Shown here: positions 8,990 through 16,806 of the stretch, piece after piece
Layout of the letters: the number at the start of each line of letters is the position of its first letter
Numbering within the stretch: the stretch's first letter is position 1
Virus record (IMG/VR): IMGVR_UViG_3300005589_000018
Coordinates: 1 to 37,078 of that record
DNA: 37,078 nt
Direction: 5' to 3' (one strand)
From: a virus
Taxonomy: Duplodnaviria > Caudoviricetes
The notes under the pieces: generated by a model
Seen by the model: the letters and a program-made list of their open reading frames with translations, nothing else
The model's database searches: none
Told to the model about the DNA's origin: nothing
Position numbers and translations under genes: made by a program

Positions 8990-9300
8990 CAAGAAAAACG
9001 CAAAACACATCTTAGCGCCAAAAAGCACCCCGCTAAGATACCGCTGGGATACTAAGCCTTTGAAATATATGGATATATTTATATCATATATATCTTATCA
9101 TCTTATCAGACACTACTTTTCAGGTAGGTAAAAACAGCTTCTTAGGGTAGTGATATGATATAGATGATATGGGTCTCTATGGGTCTCTTTTATGTGTATC
9201 TATAGTGCTAAGATGCAAACATGTAAGATATCAAAAAAAACATGCAAAACCAAAGGCTTGCATGTTTTCTTATCTTTTCAAGATATGTTGAGATGAAGCC
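8990..9300. other. Putative replication origin
   Basis: Most AT-rich non-coding stretch; recurrent (T)AAGAT(A)/(T)ATCTT(A) units on both strands; inverted repeats 9009-9017/9031-9039 and 9237-9247/9258-9268; directly downstream of the replication ATPase gene. Confidence 0.65.
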
Positions 9301-10836
9301 CTATTCCAGCCGAAACCACTTCAAAACAACCTTTCCGCGATATTTGCGGCCTTCTTTCAACTGCACTTGCCCCGACGCCTCAAGGTGCCGACAGGTCGTC
9401 TCAATGACCTCTTTTGGCACATGAAGTCGGCTGGATAGCATTGCCGTGGTCAAGCCGTTCTCCGCGTCAATGAGGTTCAGGAGCCGCGCGGCAATCGCGT
9501 CCTCCGGCTTGGCCTTGGCGTTGTCGTTGGCAAAGACAAGCTGCACCTTGAAGTCAATTTCATCCTTCACATAGGCAAAGGCCCAGCGCACATGATCCAG
9601 CGTTCTGGTTCCGCTTGGAATGGCCAGAACAAAGCTGACCTTGGCAATCAACTCATAGGCTCGGCGGATCATGGCAACGCTGGCCTCTCCCGTCTTTTCG
9701 CCCATGTGGTCGGCGTAGTCGATCAGCCAATCAGCAATAGCGTCAAGCGCGGCATCCGCGTCAGGCTCGGTCAAAACATCCTTGCGCGCGCCGGAATACT
9801 CAACCCGATCCTCCGAGCCGTTGTAAATCAGCCCCAACTTGCCGCCCATCATTATGGGCATGTCAGGCTTTTTAAAGCCCTTGCGAGGACGCGGGTTTAT
9901 GTCACGCTCGGAGACGATCAAGGCGCGGCCCACAAAGCCCTGCGTGGCGGTCTCACCGTCCATCATGCCGTCAAAGGTGCTTGGCGTCGTAAACCCGATG
10001 ATGCTCATAAACGGACGCTCCAAACCGTTATCAATCATCGCCAGCATTCGGTTTGCCCGCTCCTCCCCTTGCTCGTCGTCATTATCCAAAGCCCGCGACA
10101 ATTGCGCGGCAAATTGCTTACGCAACTCCCGGCTCACGTCACCGCCCAAAATCATGCGGCTGTTGGCTTTTGAGTAAGCTGACATGATGGTGCCGAAAAC
10201 GCCCTCAAGGTAGGTCGCGCCGCCTCGCTTTTGCGCACTGCGCACCTTGCCTAGAAAAATGCCGATCTCGTCGATGCTGTAGAAAGACGCCTGATGCTCG
10301 ATCAGGTTCCGAATGATCTCCTGCTCGGATTTAATCGTGCCTTGCAGCGCGCCTTGCACCCCGGCGGAAATATGCAGCTCGTTGAAAGCCTGCATCACGG
10401 CCTCTTTGCCCGTGCTGGATGCCGCCACGCAGAATGAAAGGATATTCGCGCTCACACCGTCCCGCACGTCATAATGAGACATTCCGCCGATATTGCCGAT
10501 AGCAGTCATCGCCGCCGCCACGCATAGCCTGCGGCGAGGATAGCGGCATTGCCCGTCAATCCAATCCGTCACTTGCCCCACGAACCCCGGCGGGCGCGTG
10601 AGATCAATGTCAGACACATCCAGCGGCAAAGCAAAACCGTCATCCTCAACGCGCTCTGCATCAAAATCATCATGCGTCGGCACGGCCATTGCCGCCCCCT
10701 CCTCGAAATCGGCAAAATCATCTGGCGTCATCTTTGCCAGCGTTTCCTTGCGCTCCTGCTCTTTCTCGGCGGCTTGCTCGTCATATGACTTGCCCGTGTA
10801 ATAGTCGCTCAGGTTCCATACGTTTTCTGTGGTCAT
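9301..10836 (-). CDS. Replication ATPase/helicase (DUF3987-like) with C-terminal winged helix
   Basis: Walker A AASSTGKE, Walker B IDEIG, IIGFTTP, GFVGR; C-terminal HTH-wing; start MTTEN at 10836 (ATGA overlap). Confidence 0.75.
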   Translation of the reverse strand: MTTENVWNLSDYYTGKSYDEQAAEKEQERKETLAKMTPDDFADFEEGAAMAVPTHDDFDAERVEDDGFALPLDVSDIDLTRPPGFVGQVTDWIDGQCRYPRRRLCVAAAMTAIGNIGGMSHYDVRDGVSANILSFCVAASSTGKEAVMQAFNELHISAGVQGALQGTIKSEQEIIRNLIEHQASFYSIDEIGIFLGKVRSAQKRGGATYLEGVFGTIMSAYSKANSRMILGGDVSRELRKQFAAQLSRALDNDDEQGEERANRMLAMIDNGLERPFMSIIGFTTPSTFDGMMDGETATQGFVGRALIVSERDINPRPRKGFKKPDMPIMMGGKLGLIYNGSEDRVEYSGARKDVLTEPDADAALDAIADWLIDYADHMGEKTGEASVAMIRRAYELIAKVSFVLAIPSGTRTLDHVRWAFAYVKDEIDFKVQLVFANDNAKAKPEDAIAARLLNLIDAENGLTTAMLSSRLHVPKEVIETTCRHLEASGQVQLKEGRKYRGKVVLKWFRLE

Positions 10837-11174
10837 TCCCCACCTATCCAATCCTGAAATTTTACGCGGTCCTCGGGCGACATTGTTTTGTATCCCAATG
10901 CCGTTAGACGCTTTGCCGCGCGCGTTGTGACCGGGCTGCGTTCCATTTCCATAACAGCCGCCGCAACATATGCCTCAAGCTCCGCTTGCGTGGCAGATGT
11001 GGCCCATAGCTTTGCATCGTCGCGAATGCGCTCTTGCATGAGCGGCACGTCTGGCGATCCGGCCCCGTGATATTCCAGCCAATGCGTGACGGTCGCAATC
11101 GTTATCTCGCGATCCAGCCCAGCGCAGGCCGACAACGCCCTCCAAAGGTGTTCGGCGCGTTCGTTGTTGGTCAC
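10833..11174 (-). CDS. Hypothetical protein (113 aa) coupled to the replication ATPase
   Basis: GTG at 11174 overlapping the upstream TGA; helical sequence. Confidence 0.7.
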   Translation of the reverse strand: MTNNERAEHLWRALSACAGLDREITIATVTHWLEYHGAGSPDVPLMQERIRDDAKLWATSATQAELEAYVAAAVMEMERSPVTTRAAKRLTALGYKTMSPEDRVKFQDWIGGE

Positions 11175-11308
11175 AACGGCCACCCCGCAATAATGATGAT
11201 GCAGACCGCCACGGCCACACACGGCGCGACAATCCAGAAGGCAAGGCGAAGGTCGCGCTCGTATTGCTCCAAAAGTGCTTGTTTGCTTTCAATTTCGTCG
11301 TCAGTCAT
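11171..11308 (-). CDS. Small single-pass membrane protein (45 aa)
   Basis: MTDDEIESKQALLEQYERDLRLAFWIVAPCVAVAVCIIIIAGWPL; TAATG and GTGA overlaps; below ORF-track cutoff. Confidence 0.7.
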   Translation of the reverse strand: MTDDEIESKQALLEQYERDLRLAFWIVAPCVAVAVCIIIIAGWPL

Positions 11309-11463
11309 TACGCCACCCCACGGCGCGCAACATAAAGAGCGGCGAAGCGCAGAAAATCGCCCATCGTTGAAATGCCGTGCCGCTTCATTGCCGCCTCAAT
11401 TTCTTTGCGGTCATCATCCGTAAGAGGGACCGGGGTGCGCTTGGTTTCAACTTTGGTATCCAT
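11308..11463 (-). CDS. Ribbon-helix-helix (CopG/Arc-like) regulator (51 aa)
   Basis: MDTKVETKRTPVPLTDDDRKEIEAAMKRHGISTMGDFLRFAALYVARRGVA shows a strand-helix-G-helix pattern; GAGG RBS; first gene of the left arm; not in ORF track. Confidence 0.75.
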   Translation of the reverse strand: MDTKVETKRTPVPLTDDDRKEIEAAMKRHGISTMGDFLRFAALYVARRGVA

Positions 11464-11492
11464 TGTTTTTCCTCGTGGTGCTAAATTGTGGC

Positions 11493-11524
11493 TTGACGGT
11501 ATCCCCGCGGGTGCTTAGTGTCAA
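11493..11524. promoter_or_regulatory. Overlapping divergent sigma70-type promoters
   Basis: Plus: TTGACG-17-TAGTGT (11493-11521). Minus: TTGACA-17-TACCGT (11524-11496). Confidence 0.75.
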
Positions 11525-11603
11525 CCCACGGCTTTTGCCTTTGCGGTGTTTGGAGCGTGTCGCCGCCACGCAAGGCCCAATGGGTCACAACATAGGAGAC
11601 GTT

Positions 11604-12356
11604 ATGTCTATTCTCGAACAAGCATCTGTGCCTGATTTGGGTGCGCAGATCATCACCATTTGCGGTGATGCAGGCTTGGGTAAATCCAGCCTTGCCGCAA
11701 CATTCCCAAAGCCAATCTTTATTCGCGCCGAAGATGGCGTGGCGCGCATTCCGGCGGAGTTTCGCCCGGCTGCGCTGCCCGTTGTGCGCACCGAAGAACA
11801 GCTATGGGAACAACTCAAGGCGCTCGTGCATGACGAACACGACTACAAGACAGCCGTGATTGATACCGTATCTGCCGCCGACCGGATGTTCGTGCAGTCG
11901 ATCTTGAAACAGGATGGCAAAGCACGCTCTTTGAACCAAGCCCTCGGTGGTTATGGTGCCGGGTTTTCGGCGCTGGCAGCGCGTCACCAGCAGGTGCGCA
12001 ATGCCGCCGAAATGATGCGGATCAAGCGCGGCATGAATGTCGTTTTCTTGGCCCATACCGAAGTCGGCACAATGCGCTTGCCGGATCAAGACGACTTCAG
12101 CCGCTACAGTCTGCGCATCACGCATGACAAGAGCCTGCCGCCGTATCTGGACGATGTGGACGCGGTTGGTTTTCTGCGTCAGGTCATGGCGCTCAAGGGC
12201 GACGAAGGCGAACGCAAGAAAGCTGTCAGCAGCAATGAGCGTGAATTGGTCATGCACGTCACCGCGTCGAACGTATCGAAAAACCCATACGGCATCACAG
12301 AACCTGTTGCCGTGAAACTGGGTGAAAACCCGCTTGCAGAATTTGTGAAAGGATAA
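11604..12356 (+). CDS. Sak4-like (AAA_24) ATPase, single-strand annealing protein
   Basis: GDAGLGKS Walker A, EDG, YKTAVIDT, GYGAG, FLAH motifs; AGGAG RBS before ATG 11604; upstream of SSB and exonuclease. Confidence 0.85.
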   Translation: MSILEQASVPDLGAQIITICGDAGLGKSSLAATFPKPIFIRAEDGVARIPAEFRPAALPVVRTEEQLWEQLKALVHDEHDYKTAVIDTVSAADRMFVQSILKQDGKARSLNQALGGYGAGFSALAARHQQVRNAAEMMRIKRGMNVVFLAHTEVGTMRLPDQDDFSRYSLRITHDKSLPPYLDDVDAVGFLRQVMALKGDEGERKKAVSSNERELVMHVTASNVSKNPYGITEPVAVKLGENPLAEFVKG

Positions 12357-12361
12357 GCGAA

Positions 12362-12997
12362 ATGAGTTTCTGGGATTTGAGCGACGGCCAGCAGGCCAAT
12401 CAGAACGTCGAAAAGGAATATGAGGTTCCCGGCGGCAATATGGACCCGCTGCCGAACAACTCGGACGTGCTGGCCGAGATCAAAGAGGCCAAGTGGGACA
12501 GCGCCAAGGACGCCGAGGAAAAATACATCTCGATCCAGTGGCAGGTGCAGGAGCCTGCGCAATACAAGAACCGCGTGATTTTTCAAAAGCTGTGGGTTGC
12601 GCACCTTGATCCGAATGCAAAGAGCGAGGACAAAGCGAAGGCAAAGCGCGACAAGGCCCGCAAGATGCTGGCCACGATTGACGCCAACGCCAAAGGCCGC
12701 TTGATGCAGTCAACCGACGCGCCGACCGATGATAGCCTTGCGCTTGCGCTTCAGGGCGCGCAGATGGTCATCAAGGCGATGGTCTGGGAAATGCCGGATC
12801 GTGAGCGGTATGGCGAGTTTATTCGCGGCAACTGGATTAGCGCCGTGAAGCCGAAAGGTTCGGAACTGCACATTGGCGAGGACAAGCCCAAGCCGTCCGG
12901 CGGCGGTGCTGGCGCAGGCGCAGGAGGCCAGCCGAGCGGCGGCGGGTTTGATCTTGGTGGCGACGACATTCCCTTCGCACCGGAATGGCGCGTGTGA
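12362..12997 (+). CDS. Single-stranded DNA-binding protein (DUF669-like)
   Basis: Gly-rich linker and DDIPF near the C-terminus; lies between Sak4-like and exonuclease genes. Confidence 0.8.
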   Translation: MSFWDLSDGQQANQNVEKEYEVPGGNMDPLPNNSDVLAEIKEAKWDSAKDAEEKYISIQWQVQEPAQYKNRVIFQKLWVAHLDPNAKSEDKAKAKRDKARKMLATIDANAKGRLMQSTDAPTDDSLALALQGAQMVIKAMVWEMPDRERYGEFIRGNWISAVKPKGSELHIGEDKPKPSGGGAGAGAGGQPSGGGFDLGGDDIPFAPEWRV

Positions 12998-13854
12998 TGG
13001 AACAACGCACTCCAGAATGGTTCGCGGCTCGGAAGGGCCGCGTTACCGCCAGCCTTGTAGGTGGCCTGCTAGATTGCGCCCCTTACATGAGCAAAGACGC
13101 CGCATTCCGCGCTTTGGTGCGGTCCTGCCACGGGTTGCCAAGCGAGTTTGAGGGCAACATCGCCACGGAATACGGCAATGCCAACGAGGGACTGGCGCGA
13201 TCCGTTTATGAAATGGAGACAGGAAACACGGTCGAGGATGCCGGGTTTGTCACTTGGGATAATTGGCTTGGCGCAATCCCATACGGTTATATCCGCGATG
13301 ATGGCTTGATTGAGATCAAGTGCCCTTTTGGCAAGCGCAAGGATGAAGTGCCTGAATTTGCCAGCATTGAGGATCAGCCGCATTACTATGCGCAGGTGCA
13401 AATTCAGCTTTTCGTGACGGGCCGTGAATGGTGCCATTTCTGGCAATGGGCACCGCACGGAAACAAACTGGAAACGGTCAAATATGACGGCGCGTGGGTC
13501 AATGAAAACCTGCCGACGCTTTTGGCGATCTGGCAGGACGCGCAAGCCGCTGACCCAAAAGACTATGACGGCGAGGTGCGCAAGGTCATTGATACGCCAG
13601 AGGCTGAAAAGCTGATTGCGGAATACGATGAATTGAGTGACGCAATCGACAACGCCACGGCGCGCAAGAAAGACATCATCACGCGCTTGGTTGAAATGTC
13701 CGGCGGTAAGGATGCCAAGGTTGCCGGGCGCAATCTCACTTTGGTGAAGCGCGCTGGTGCTGTCAGCTATGCCAAGGCGATCAAGGCGATTGCGCCGGAT
13801 GCGGACTTGGAGCCGTATCGTGGCAATCCTAGTGAAAGCTGGCAGGTGAATTGA
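12997..13854 (+). CDS. YqaJ/lambda-exonuclease family protein (catalytic PD reads PY)
   Basis: EQRTPEWF..R.GRVTAS, YG..NE, IEIKCP, YYAQVQ.QL motifs; TGATG overlap. Confidence 0.88.
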   Translation: MEQRTPEWFAARKGRVTASLVGGLLDCAPYMSKDAAFRALVRSCHGLPSEFEGNIATEYGNANEGLARSVYEMETGNTVEDAGFVTWDNWLGAIPYGYIRDDGLIEIKCPFGKRKDEVPEFASIEDQPHYYAQVQIQLFVTGREWCHFWQWAPHGNKLETVKYDGAWVNENLPTLLAIWQDAQAADPKDYDGEVRKVIDTPEAEKLIAEYDELSDAIDNATARKKDIITRLVEMSGGKDAKVAGRNLTLVKRAGAVSYAKAIKAIAPDADLEPYRGNPSESWQVN

Positions 13855-13896
13855 CGCGACGTCACCATTTAATGACATGCGCGATAAGTGCATGAT
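13851..13896 (+). promoter_or_regulatory. Promoter with TGACG-N3-CGTCA box (copy 2)
   Basis: TGACGCGACGTCA-3 bp-TTTAAT-17 bp-CATGAT. Confidence 0.6.
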
Positions 13897-14041
13897 GTGA
13901 GGACGCAGGCTGAATTGGCTTTCCGTATCAACGCATTTTGACGTTGCCGGGAAAACTCGGAAGGCCATGAAAGCAGCTACCCCGCGCGCCGGAAACCAAA
14001 GACACGAAAGGCGCGCGGGGATTTATTGGAGAGGATGAAAG

Positions 14042-15406
14042 ATGAGCCTTGAAGAATATAAGTCGTTTGTTGAGGGAAAGACGCACCTAGCGGGAGAGTT
14101 TGGGTTTGATCCTGTTTATCAGAACGACAATTGCTACGACTTTCAAAACCAGCTTATCGAGTGGGCGCTGGCAAAGGGGCGGGCTGCTACATTTGCAGAT
14201 TGCGGACTTGGAAAGACGCTGATGCAACTTGTGTGGGCCGAGAACGTCCATCGCAAAACAAACAAGCCTGTTTTGATACTTGCCCCTCTTTCTGTGTCGT
14301 CACAGACAGTCGAGGAAGCAGAGAAATTCGGAATTGAGGCATACCGTAGCACGGACGGAACGTGGCCTATCGGTAAGGGCATCATTACCACCAACTACGA
14401 GCGGCTGCATCATTTCGATCTTTCGGACTTTTCTGGGATTGTATGTGATGAAAGCAGCATCCTAAAAAACTTCGACGGGAAGATCAGATCGGCAATCACC
14501 AAGGCGATGCGCAAGGTTAAATATCGCGCGATGTATACGGCAACCCCAAGCCCAAATGACTACACCGAACTCGGAACATCCGCCGAGGCATTGGGTGATA
14601 TGGCCTATATGGACATGCTTTCTACGTTCTTCAAAAGCAACGACGACACATTGCACCCGGCGCACATTGGTCAAAACTGGCGATTTAAGGGTCATGCTGA
14701 ACCGCACTTTTGGCGGTGGGTTGCATCATGGGCGCGGGCTATTCGAAAGCCATCGGATCTAGGCTTTGACGATGCGGGTTGGGATTTGCCTGAGTTGCGC
14801 GAAATTCACCACGAAATTCAAAGCAAGCCGCTAGACGGCCAGTTGTTTGCAATGCCCGTGAAGGGTCTTCCAATGGAGCGCGAGGAAAAGAAGGCAACAA
14901 TCAAAGAGCGGTGCGAACTTGCGGGTGAATTGATCCAAGATCATGACAACGGCGTCATGTGGTGTCAGTTCAATGCTGAGGCAGACATGCTGGCAGAAAT
15001 CGTGCCGGGGGCTGTAAACCTTCAAGGTAGTGACAAGGATGAGGCGAAGGAAGAAAAGTTCCGCGCCTTCAAGGATGGTGAGATCAAGTATCTCGTAACC
15101 AAGCCGAAAATTGCGGCGCTTGGCGTCAACTGGCAACACTGCAATGCCTGCACATACTTTGATGATTATAGCTACGAACAGTATTACCAAGCTGTTCGCA
15201 GGTTTTGGCGGTTCGGTCAAAAACGGCCTGTTACTGTTCACCAGATCGGCACGACTAGCTTGAGCAATGTGGCAAAATCACGCAGGCGAAAAGCCGAAGC
15301 GGCTGATAAAATGTTTCATGCGATGATGGAACACATGGTCGCGGCCCAGAAGCACAAAAAGATTTTTGGCGGAGGCGATGCCCCAAAATTCCCTGATTGG
15401 ATGTGA
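14042..15406 (+). CDS. SF2 (SNF2-like) helicase
   Basis: FADCGLGKT, TNYERL, CDESS, TATPSPND, GVNWQ, QAVRRFWRFGQ; GGAGAGG RBS. Confidence 0.9.
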   Translation: MSLEEYKSFVEGKTHLAGEFGFDPVYQNDNCYDFQNQLIEWALAKGRAATFADCGLGKTLMQLVWAENVHRKTNKPVLILAPLSVSSQTVEEAEKFGIEAYRSTDGTWPIGKGIITTNYERLHHFDLSDFSGIVCDESSILKNFDGKIRSAITKAMRKVKYRAMYTATPSPNDYTELGTSAEALGDMAYMDMLSTFFKSNDDTLHPAHIGQNWRFKGHAEPHFWRWVASWARAIRKPSDLGFDDAGWDLPELREIHHEIQSKPLDGQLFAMPVKGLPMEREEKKATIKERCELAGELIQDHDNGVMWCQFNAEADMLAEIVPGAVNLQGSDKDEAKEEKFRAFKDGEIKYLVTKPKIAALGVNWQHCNACTYFDDYSYEQYYQAVRRFWRFGQKRPVTVHQIGTTSLSNVAKSRRRKAEAADKMFHAMMEHMVAAQKHKKIFGGGDAPKFPDWM

Positions 15407-15561
15407 AAATGTTTTACATTGAGCGAAAAACGCTGACCAAATGGCGCAAAAATGACAATACATACGAGCCGATTGGACCTTGGTTGATAGACCGAGATCC
15501 GCAAGACGTGTTGAAAGATGGCGTATTCACGGGGCCATACAAATCAAAAGAGGAAAGAACT

Positions 15562-16560
15562 ATGAGCGTATCAAACCAAGTGATCACAGACGACTATGCA
15601 ATCTACAATGGCGATTGCATGGAGGTTGTTTCAGAAATGAAGAGCGACAGCATTGACATGGCGGTATACAGCCCTCCGTTTGCTGGCCTGTTTCAATATT
15701 CCGGCGATGAAAGGGATATGTCGAACTGCTACAATTACGAGGAGTTCTATAGTCAATACGCTTTCCTAGTGAACCAGCTTTACCGCGTGACAAAGCCCGG
15801 TCGGATCAACGCCGTTCACTGCATGGATATTGGCGAAGATGCCATTGGCACGGTTCACGACCTACCCGGCAACATCATCCGCATACACGAGGAAGCCGGG
15901 TTTCAATTCATGGGCCGCCGCTTGAAATGGAACGAGCCTCTTGCCGTTCGATTGCGCACAATGGTCCGAGGGCTGGCACATCAGACGATATGCGAGGATA
16001 GCGCCAAGTCCAGCATCGCCAATGCCGATTACGTTTTGTTCTTTCGCAAGCGTGGCGAAAACCGAACGCCTGTAACGCATGAGCGCGGCTTTACACGGTA
16101 TTTCGGGGCTGAAATCATGCCGGATGAGGTTCGTCAGTTTCGCGGTTTTGATGGGGATCAAAAGGAAAACAAGTTTTCGCATTTTGTCTGGCGTCGTTAC
16201 GCTTCGAGCGCGTGGATGGATATTCGCGCAAGCAACAAGCAAAAAACAGGATGCGGGCTTACCGCTCGGGCTGTTGTAGATGATGGCGAGGCGCGTGAAC
16301 CTGATGACGTGAAACACGTCCACCCGCTCATGCTGGACATCATTCATCGCTGCGTTGAGCTTTACACAAACACCGGCGAAACCGTTCTAACGCCTTTCAT
16401 GGGGGTAGGTTCCGAGGTTTACAGCCCCGTATATTTGGGGCGGCGTGGCGTCGGTGTCGAACTCAAAACCAGCTACTTCAATCAGGCCGTTAAGAATATC
16501 GCCTGTGCAAAAGCGGACTACGAAAAGGACGGTCTTGGCGACCTGTTGTCGCTTGAATAA
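15562..16560 (+). CDS. DNA amino-methyltransferase (N4-C/N6-A, beta order)
   Basis: GDC, SPPF (motif IV), H..PL, VLTPFMGVGS (motif I), GVELK.SYF; GAGGA RBS at 15562; alternative in-frame ATG at 15409. Confidence 0.9.
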   Translation: MSVSNQVITDDYAIYNGDCMEVVSEMKSDSIDMAVYSPPFAGLFQYSGDERDMSNCYNYEEFYSQYAFLVNQLYRVTKPGRINAVHCMDIGEDAIGTVHDLPGNIIRIHEEAGFQFMGRRLKWNEPLAVRLRTMVRGLAHQTICEDSAKSSIANADYVLFFRKRGENRTPVTHERGFTRYFGAEIMPDEVRQFRGFDGDQKENKFSHFVWRRYASSAWMDIRASNKQKTGCGLTARAVVDDGEAREPDDVKHVHPLMLDIIHRCVELYTNTGETVLTPFMGVGSEVYSPVYLGRRGVGVELKTSYFNQAVKNIACAKADYEKDGLGDLLSLE

Positions 16561-16806
16561 ATGACCCCAGATCAAGAAGCCAAAGCAAACGAGGCGGCGA
16601 ACAAAATAATTGAGGAATTGCGCGCCGCCTCAACACCGGAGCAATGCGCTGAGATAGGTGATCGCACGGCAAAGGTATTTGCGCGGCTTCAACAGGTGCA
16701 TGAGGTCAGGGCGATCCACATCGTCAATCTAGCAAAGATGAAACAAATGGAGTTCGAGATGAAACGGGAAGCTGAAAATCAAGCGCAAGCGGATTTGTTC
16801 GCATGA
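16561..16806 (+). CDS. Hypothetical protein with C-terminal QADLF clamp-binding-like motif
   Basis: 81 aa, helical; ATGA overlap with the helicase gene. Confidence 0.7.
   Translation: MTPDQEAKANEAANKIIEELRAASTPEQCAEIGDRTAKVFARLQQVHEVRAIHIVNLAKMKQMEFEMKREAENQAQADLFA

Noticed and set aside
8990-9300. CRISPR array or dif/attP site in the AT-rich repeat tract
   Set aside because: Repeats are 5-9 bp, irregularly spaced and on both strands; no XerC/XerD consensus seen and no integrase in the genome
11463-11603. Longest-ORF N-terminal extensions in the ORF track (e.g. starts 11463, 5188, 8785, 20401, 21390, 25447)
   Set aside because: Downstream starts have RBSs or stop/start overlaps, and the extensions overlap neighbouring genes or promoters
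13069-13968. 299-aa minus-strand ORF
   Set aside because: Antisense to the exonuclease gene; no recognisable features
13905-13980. Hammerhead ribozyme or tRNA in the helicase leader
   Set aside because: CTGA and GAAA are present but the CUGANGA core is not; no T-loop or cloverleaf
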